From: a virus
Taxonomy: Duplodnaviria > Caudoviricetes
Virus record (IMG/VR): IMGVR_UViG_3300046007_013304
Location: 1 to 61,817 of that record
Reading direction: 5' to 3' (one strand)
Length of the DNA stretch: 61,817 nucleotides
The stretch's first letter is position 1, and every line of letters starts with the position of its first letter. The notes beneath the pieces are model-generated. The model searched no databases. It was not told the origin of the DNA and worked only from the letters and a program-made list of their open reading frames with translations. The position numbers and the translations under genes are program-made. Shown piece after piece: positions 56,142 through 61,817 of this stretch.

Positions 56142-58295
56142 ATGGCTATTTCGGATATAAACTTTCTAGGCAAATGGAGAGCCTACGATGTCAATGGTGT
56201 ACAGATCACCTATAATCCAGGTGATCTTGTAATCTATACATCTTCGCCCGGAACAGAATCAACATATCTTGCAGTTCAAAGAACGGATAGAACCCCATTG
56301 TCAGGTGTGAATGGTGGTTGGGTTGGGTTTGGCTCAGCAGGAACAACAACAATAATTGGAGCGTCGGGTGGTACTGGTGGAAGAATCAAATTAACATATT
56401 CTCCCTCATCATCACCTCCAGTTTCCCCGGAAGTTGCAGATCAATGGTTCAATAGCACAACCGGAAGATTTTACATTTATGTTGCAGATGAAAATTCATC
56501 ACAATGGATTGAAATTGCATCTATAGGACCAAGGGGAGAAACTGGAGATATAGGACCAACAGGTCCTGCGGGACCAACAGGCAATACCGGTGATCGCGGA
56601 ATCACTGGAAATCCAAACACAATATTTTATCAAAGTAGTCCTCCTAGTGGGATGACCGCCGGAGACCAATGGTTTCATAGCGGAACTGGTAGGTATTATT
56701 TCTATTTGATTGACGAGAATTCTGGTCAATGGGTGGAAATGGGTTCGATAAATTATGACACTAGAGGAATTTGTGGTTCTGGTGGAAGCGGAGGTGTTGG
56801 ACCCACGGGACCTACAGGACCTACTGGAGATCCGGGCATACAGGGAAATACAGGATCAACAGGTAGTGGTGTAACAGGATTTACCGTATCGGGAGATAAC
56901 CTTTATTTCTGGTACATGGATGCTCTTGGTCAAACATTCGGTGAACTTCAAAATGCTGGATTAGTCAAAGGACCACAAGGAAATCCTGGCATACAAGGAA
57001 ACACAGGTCCAACTGGACCTACAGGAAATACAGGGGCAACTGGAACCGGCTATCAAAATGCAACAATAAGAGACAATAAACTTTATATTGAAGTTGTATA
57101 CTCGAATGGAACAACAGCGGAAACAGAAGTAGGGTATATCGGACCAACAGGTCCTTTGTTTATATTTGATACGGATTTGACCGCTGCATTCGGTGAGGGT
57201 AAATTTTTTGGTAAATATGAAAATGGAGATACAATTCCTGCCGCCGGTAAGAGTGCCGTAGAAGTAATAAAGATGGCATTATTCGATGTATTACCAGTTA
57301 CGGTGGATGTATCCTCATCCACCACAATTGCATTCAATCAAACTGCAATTGCAAATGTATTGGGATTAACATATACAATTAATACTTTTGGTGCCACTGT
57401 AGCCGGAGTTACATTGGAATGGAAACGAACAAGTGAATCCTTGTGGACGGGATTGACAAATAATGCATCAATAAGAGGATTCACCCATAATACAATTGAT
57501 GGTTTATATTCAACAGATGGGTTTCAATATCGTTATTATGTGGTTGATTCATTAGGAGGAACAGGTTCAGACACAGTTACAATAACTCCGGCTGCTTATA
57601 TTGCACCTACAGCAATAATAACACAAACAGCAACTATTACATCTCCACAATCAGTTACAAGAAGAGAAAAAGGCAATACTCTAACAAATATATCAGCAAC
57701 GATCACAAGAAATAGTCCAAATGTAAATCTTACTGGATTTACATTTGAATTCAGTACAAACAACTCGACTTATATTTCGACCGGAATCACGGGAATTACG
57801 AGTGGAACTACAGGATCATGGAGTACCGGTGTTACTGCACATGCAGCTAGTGGAGCGACAGCAAGTATCAGATATAGAATAAGAGTAAGAGATGATTATC
57901 AAGATTCTCTGGGTAGTTCAGTAATCGGCGGAACAGCCTCTTTGATCAATCTCTATAATATAATATTCTATGGTGCTACCGGAACAGTTCCGTCTACAGG
58001 ATCAAGTATAAGAGGGCTTGAAGGAAAAACATTCACAGACAGTTCTTTAACTTTTAATTTGAATACCGGTATAACACATATACACTTTGTGTTTGCTACA
58101 CCAGACCCATCTACAATATCTCAAGTATTGGATCTAGAAACTGCTAGCTCGAATATAACAGCACAATATATTTTATCGACAGGAGTAACTTTAATTCCAA
58201 ATTATATCGGAACAGATACAGAATATAATGTATATGTAATGTCAAACTCTGTACCATACGGCGAAAATCACAGACATCAAATAACCAGAACATAA
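56142..58295 (+). CDS. collagen-like fibre protein with beta-sandwich C-terminus
   Basis: AATAAATA at 56128; G-x-T triplets; two DQWF.S.TGR.Y.Y..DENS.QW.E repeats. Confidence 0.8.
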   Translation: MAISDINFLGKWRAYDVNGVQITYNPGDLVIYTSSPGTESTYLAVQRTDRTPLSGVNGGWVGFGSAGTTTIIGASGGTGGRIKLTYSPSSSPPVSPEVADQWFNSTTGRFYIYVADENSSQWIEIASIGPRGETGDIGPTGPAGPTGNTGDRGITGNPNTIFYQSSPPSGMTAGDQWFHSGTGRYYFYLIDENSGQWVEMGSINYDTRGICGSGGSGGVGPTGPTGPTGDPGIQGNTGSTGSGVTGFTVSGDNLYFWYMDALGQTFGELQNAGLVKGPQGNPGIQGNTGPTGPTGNTGATGTGYQNATIRDNKLYIEVVYSNGTTAETEVGYIGPTGPLFIFDTDLTAAFGEGKFFGKYENGDTIPAAGKSAVEVIKMALFDVLPVTVDVSSSTTIAFNQTAIANVLGLTYTINTFGATVAGVTLEWKRTSESLWTGLTNNASIRGFTHNTIDGLYSTDGFQYRYYVVDSLGGTGSDTVTITPAAYIAPTAIITQTATITSPQSVTRREKGNTLTNISATITRNSPNVNLTGFTFEFSTNNSTYISTGITGITSGTTGSWSTGVTAHAASGATASIRYRIRVRDDYQDSLGSSVIGGTASLINLYNIIFYGATGTVPSTGSSIRGLEGKTFTDSSLTFNLNTGITHIHFVFATPDPSTISQVLDLETASSNITAQYILSTGVTLIPNYIGTDTEYNVYVMSNSVPYGENHRHQITRT

Positions 58296-59280
58296 TATGC
58301 CATTAGAAAACGGATTTCAATTACCTTTCGGTATACAGCCAGTCAACCCAAAACCAGTTGATACTTGGTCGGGTCCTTTCACCGGCGCATCTGAAAGTGA
58401 AGCAAAATCATTAGCAAATGCTTCAATTCCACTCGGTGTAAGATTTAATTCAATGGAAGTTCGTCTTATCATTAACGGGCTTCCTAAAAAATTCTGGTAT
58501 TATGGTGGAACAGGTGATTCTGATCTTAGCGAGATTGTAACATCTGCATCAGGTGTAACAGGATTTACAGGTCCAACAGGACCGACCGGAGATCCTGGAA
58601 TTCAAGGAAACACTGGAAATACTGGCAACACAGGAGCAACAGGACCGACAGGAAATTACCTAAGTCCTAATGTAAATGCATCAGGCAATTTAATATTTAC
58701 CACTTTATATTGGGACGGGGTTGAAGTTCCTGGAGCAACAAAAATAAACGCCGGTTATGTTATAGGTCGTACCGGGTCTACAGGAAACACAGGAACAACA
58801 GGAAACACCGGAGCAACAGGAACTGGTGTAACAGGATTTGCCGTGTCAGGAGACAATCTTTATTTCTGGTATACTAATTCTACCGGACAGACATTCGGGG
58901 CTCTTCAGAATGCTGGATATATTAGAGGTGCTACAGGAAACACCGGAAATACAGGAAATACCGGATCTACGGGAAACGGTGTAACTGGATTTTTTGTAAA
59001 TAGGGACACTTTAGTTTATTGGTACATGAATGCTTTTGGACAAACCATAGGTTCTCTTCAAACAGCAGGCTTTGTTTTAGGAAATACCGGAGCAACAGGA
59101 GATCCGGGTTCAAAGGGAGATCAGGGTGAACCAGGTATACAAGGCAATACTGGACCGACTGGACCTACGGGGAGCGGTGTAACAGGATTTACAGTTTCTG
59201 GTGATAACCTTTACTTTTGGTACATGAATTCCTCTGGATTGACTTTTGGCGCATTTCAAAATGCAGGATATGTGAGAGGT
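56868..59280 (+). repeat. four copies of the GVTGF.V..D.L..WY....G.T.G..Q.AG module
   Basis: Copies start at 56868, 58825, 58978 and 59176 and are similar at the DNA level. Confidence 0.85.
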
Positions 59281-59442
59281 CCAAAAGGAGATACAGGAAC
59301 AAGTATTGGATCAGGATTTACATTTACGGGAATAACACCACCAAATGCAAATATAGGTGACAGGTGGTTTGATTCTGTTAGTGGCAGAGAGTTTACTTAT
59401 ATCTTTGATGGAGATTTTTATTTCTGGGTTGAGATGTCTTGA
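58297..59442 (+). CDS. collagen-like fibre protein
   Basis: GNTG/GATG triplets, three internal modules, C-terminal GDRWFDS..G...WVE. Confidence 0.8.
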   Translation: MPLENGFQLPFGIQPVNPKPVDTWSGPFTGASESEAKSLANASIPLGVRFNSMEVRLIINGLPKKFWYYGGTGDSDLSEIVTSASGVTGFTGPTGPTGDPGIQGNTGNTGNTGATGPTGNYLSPNVNASGNLIFTTLYWDGVEVPGATKINAGYVIGRTGSTGNTGTTGNTGATGTGVTGFAVSGDNLYFWYTNSTGQTFGALQNAGYIRGATGNTGNTGNTGSTGNGVTGFFVNRDTLVYWYMNAFGQTIGSLQTAGFVLGNTGATGDPGSKGDQGEPGIQGNTGPTGPTGSGVTGFTVSGDNLYFWYMNSSGLTFGAFQNAGYVRGPKGDTGTSIGSGFTFTGITPPNANIGDRWFDSVSGREFTYIFDGDFYFWVEMS

Positions 59443-59466
59443 CTTATTAATTGTTTCTGATACAAT
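59439..59466 (+). promoter_or_regulatory. sigma70 promoter for the clamp operon
   Basis: TTGACT-16 nt-TACAAT with extended TG. Confidence 0.7.
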
Positions 59467-59481
59467 GTGACTAGGTGATAT

Positions 59482-59664
59482 ATGACAAAAAATATTAAAG
59501 ATGATTGGAATGATGATCGAGATCGTAAGCGAAGTCAAAAGTCCGTAAATAGAAAGAAAAACAAGGGACAAAGACATCACATTCGTGATATAATGAATGA
59601 TCTCAAAAATGAAAATGATCCGGAAGCGTATCTGGATTATGCAGATGAAATGGAGAATTATTAA
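59482..59664 (+). CDS. 60-aa charged hypothetical protein
   Basis: SD AGGTG; lies directly before gp45. Confidence 0.6.
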   Translation: MTKNIKDDWNDDRDRKRSQKSVNRKKNKGQRHHIRDIMNDLKNENDPEAYLDYADEMENY

Positions 59665-59666
59665 TT

Positions 59667-60326
59667 ATGACTAAAACCGGCATCACAATCAGCAAAACTA
59701 CTCTTGGAATTCTCAAGAATTTTTCAAGTATTAATTCAAACCTTCTTGTGCGTCCCGGCAACAAGATCTCGACTATTACTCCGGGAAAGAACATGATGGC
59801 AGAAGCCATCGTAGAAGAAACTTTTGATGTCGAATTTGGTATCTGGGATCTGAACAAGTTACTTGGAGTTCTTTCACTTTTCAGCGATCCTGTTCTGGAA
59901 TTCTATGAGAAGTATGTTGAGATTCAAGGACCAGAATCAAAGGTTAAGTTCTTCTACTCTGAACCGAAGCTCCTGACTGTCCCTACCAAGACTGTGAAGA
60001 TGCCGGAAACTGTTTCTGTGTTCACGGTGTATCAAGATACCTTCACCCAAATGATGAAGGCTTCTTCAGTCCTTCAACTTCCACAGATCACTTTTATCAG
60101 TGCAGAAAACGGTCTTTCTGCCAAGTTGCACGACGAGGAAGATGCAACCTCAAACAACTACACGGTGAATCTGGCTGATGCTGATGCTGAATTTGAAGTG
60201 ACCTTTGATATGGAACATCTTCGTCTTCTCCCGGGAGATTATGAAGTTACCGTTTCTCAAGGACCTGTCGTGCAGTTCAAGAACCTTTCTGTTGATCTTA
60301 CTTACTGGATCGCAGTCAAGAGCTAA
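59667..60326 (+). CDS. gp45: sliding clamp gp45
   Basis: ILKNFSSIN, FGIWDLN, LLPGDY.V, YWIA. Confidence 0.93.
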   Translation: MTKTGITISKTTLGILKNFSSINSNLLVRPGNKISTITPGKNMMAEAIVEETFDVEFGIWDLNKLLGVLSLFSDPVLEFYEKYVEIQGPESKVKFFYSEPKLLTVPTKTVKMPETVSVFTVYQDTFTQMMKASSVLQLPQITFISAENGLSAKLHDEEDATSNNYTVNLADADAEFEVTFDMEHLRLLPGDYEVTVSQGPVVQFKNLSVDLTYWIAVKS

Positions 60327-60328
60327 TC

Positions 60329-61267
60329 ATGAATCAAATCAATCTCTTCGTAGAAAAATATCGTCCCAAGACGGTTGAGGAGTGCATTCTCCCGGAAAGC
60401 ATCAAAAAGACTTTCCGGGAGATTGTCAAATCCGGTGAACCACAAAATCTTCTGCTTGCTGGTAAAGCGGGAACAGGAAAGACCAGTGTTGCCAAGGCTC
60501 TGTGCTCAGACCTTGATTGTGATTACATCATGATCAATTGTTCTGAAGATGGTAACATTGACACCCTTCGAAACAAGATTCGTACCTTCGCAAGTACAGT
60601 GTCTCTAAATGAGCGACCGAAGGTTGTCATTCTGGACGAGTTTGATTATAGTAATGCATCAAGCATCCAGCCCGCTCTTCGCGGGGCAATTGAGGAATTC
60701 GCAAAGAACTGTCGTTTCATCCTAACCTGCAACTACAAGAACCGAATCATCGAACCGATTCATTCTCGCTGCACTGTCATCGAATTTTGCATTCCTGCCA
60801 AGGACAAGCCTAAAATGGCTAAGGAGTTCATGGCTAGGTGTGAAAATATTCTGAAGACAGAAAAGGTCGAATATGACCCAAAGGTGCTTTCGGAATTGAT
60901 CATCAAGTTCTTCCCGGATTTCCGCCGGGTACTGAATGAACTTCAGAGGTATTCAGTTTCCGGAAAGATCGATGTCGGGATCTTGGCAGATACCAAGAAT
61001 CAAAAAATCACCGATCTCATGGGGTTCATGAAGTCCAAGGATTTCTCTTCTGCTCGCAAGTGGGTGGCTGGCAACATGGATAATTCTCAGATTGACCTGT
61101 TCAGGGCGATCTATGACGGACTTTATGAAAACCTGAGTCCTTCATCCATCCCACAGGCAATTCTTATTCTTGCTGAGTATCAATACAAGGCTGCATTTGT
61201 TGCCGATCAAGAAATCAATACTGCGGCATGTGTGGTGGAACTTATGATGTCCTGTGAGTTTAAGTAA
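60329..61267 (+). CDS. gp44: clamp loader ATPase subunit gp44
   Basis: EKYRP, GKAGTGKT, ILDE.D, SRC, FPDFRR. Confidence 0.96.
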   Translation: MNQINLFVEKYRPKTVEECILPESIKKTFREIVKSGEPQNLLLAGKAGTGKTSVAKALCSDLDCDYIMINCSEDGNIDTLRNKIRTFASTVSLNERPKVVILDEFDYSNASSIQPALRGAIEEFAKNCRFILTCNYKNRIIEPIHSRCTVIEFCIPAKDKPKMAKEFMARCENILKTEKVEYDPKVLSELIIKFFPDFRRVLNELQRYSVSGKIDVGILADTKNQKITDLMGFMKSKDFSSARKWVAGNMDNSQIDLFRAIYDGLYENLSPSSIPQAILILAEYQYKAAFVADQEINTAACVVELMMSCEFK

Positions 61268-61638
61268 TGGAACTAAAAGATTACCTTGACAGCCTGAATT
61301 TTCAGAAAAACCATGTCATGTCCGATAGCCGAGATGAGAAGGATTATTACCCTTTCATGGTGAATCGCTGCATGTCATATTTCCCGGATAGCATTCTGCA
61401 AGCCAACCAGATGAATGCGGTTTGGCATACTCCCAAGAGAATGCAATATGATTACTTTTTCCATGGTCTCCGACCCCGCAAGAGGTTTAGCAAATGGCAA
61501 AAGATTCAGCATCCAAGGGAACTTGAGGTCATAAAGCAATATTTTGGGTATTCGACCCAAAAAGCTTTGGATATTTTACCTCTCTTAACAGAAGAAGACA
61601 TGAAAATCATTTATAAAGCCTTAAATAAAGGCGGTTAA
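61267..61638 (+). CDS. gp62: clamp loader subunit gp62
   Basis: YYPFMVNRCMSY, ANQMN, QYDY, RKRFSKW, YFGYS. Confidence 0.92.
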   Translation: MELKDYLDSLNFQKNHVMSDSRDEKDYYPFMVNRCMSYFPDSILQANQMNAVWHTPKRMQYDYFFHGLRPRKRFSKWQKIQHPRELEVIKQYFGYSTQKALDILPLLTEEDMKIIYKALNKGG

Positions 61639-61688
61639 AGCAGAATTTTAATACATAATCCATGTATAATGAATAAAGGTTGTTTTAC

Positions 61689-61817
61689 ATGGAAGAGAAT
61701 ATATTTCAAGATTATGGAGTGGAAATACGGCTAAAAGATGCTGAAGATTTCCTTAAGATAAAAGAAACTCTCACAAGAATGGGAGTTTCCTCAAAAACCC
61801 AAAATAAACTATATTCT
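61689..61817 (+). CDS. regA: translational repressor RegA, 3' truncated by the window edge
   Basis: Hand translation gives VEIRLKDAEDFLKIKETLTRMGVSS; follows gp62 as in T4. Confidence 0.9.
   Translation, partial: MEENIFQDYGVEIRLKDAEDFLKIKETLTRMGVSSKTQNKLYS

Noticed and set aside
1-61817. Alternative genetic code (stop-codon reassignment)
   Set aside because: Core genes are full length in code 11, and TAA, TGA and TAG all occur as stops.
1-61817. tRNA, rRNA or CRISPR array
   Set aside because: No cloverleaf or regularly spaced repeat-spacer pattern seen; intergenic gaps are short.

Overview
This window is a 62-kb segment of a large T4-like myovirus genome in the standard genetic code; no tRNA, rRNA, CRISPR array or intact mobile element was recognised. 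Layout: (1) 1-4.8 kb, small early genes behind sigma70 promoters, including a DEDDh exonuclease. (2) 4.8-23 kb, accessory region with a divergent CobS-like AAA+ / HEXXH-vWA pair, FmdB zinc ribbon, PD-(D/E)XK exonuclease, a 1085-aa HNH protein, putative head-internal proteins, lysis-like membrane proteins and a RuvC-like resolvase. (3) 23.4-35.9 kb, baseplate/fibre module with collagen-like, Cys-rich 'GACC'-repeat proteins and a DUF1566-like protein. (4) 35.9-49.3 kb, T4 core morphogenesis (gp13-18, two gp19, gp20, gp67-like, gp21-23, gp3). (5) uvsY, uvsW, gp55, gp47, gp46, two collagen fibres, gp45, gp44, gp62 and partial regA. Main observations: two promoter-coupled non-coding elements 48 kb apart that share a 16-nt sequence and predict the same RNA 5' end (GUCCUGAUUCAAG), one behind a late promoter and one behind a perfect sigma70 promoter; systematic leaderless gene starts; Cys-rich fibre repeats resembling Planctomycetota (Phycisphaerae) secreted-protein repeats; a GNAT protein with a capsid-targeting sequence; and a u-spanin-like lipoprotein with three TM helices. 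All family assignments come from motif recognition by eye, not database searches.
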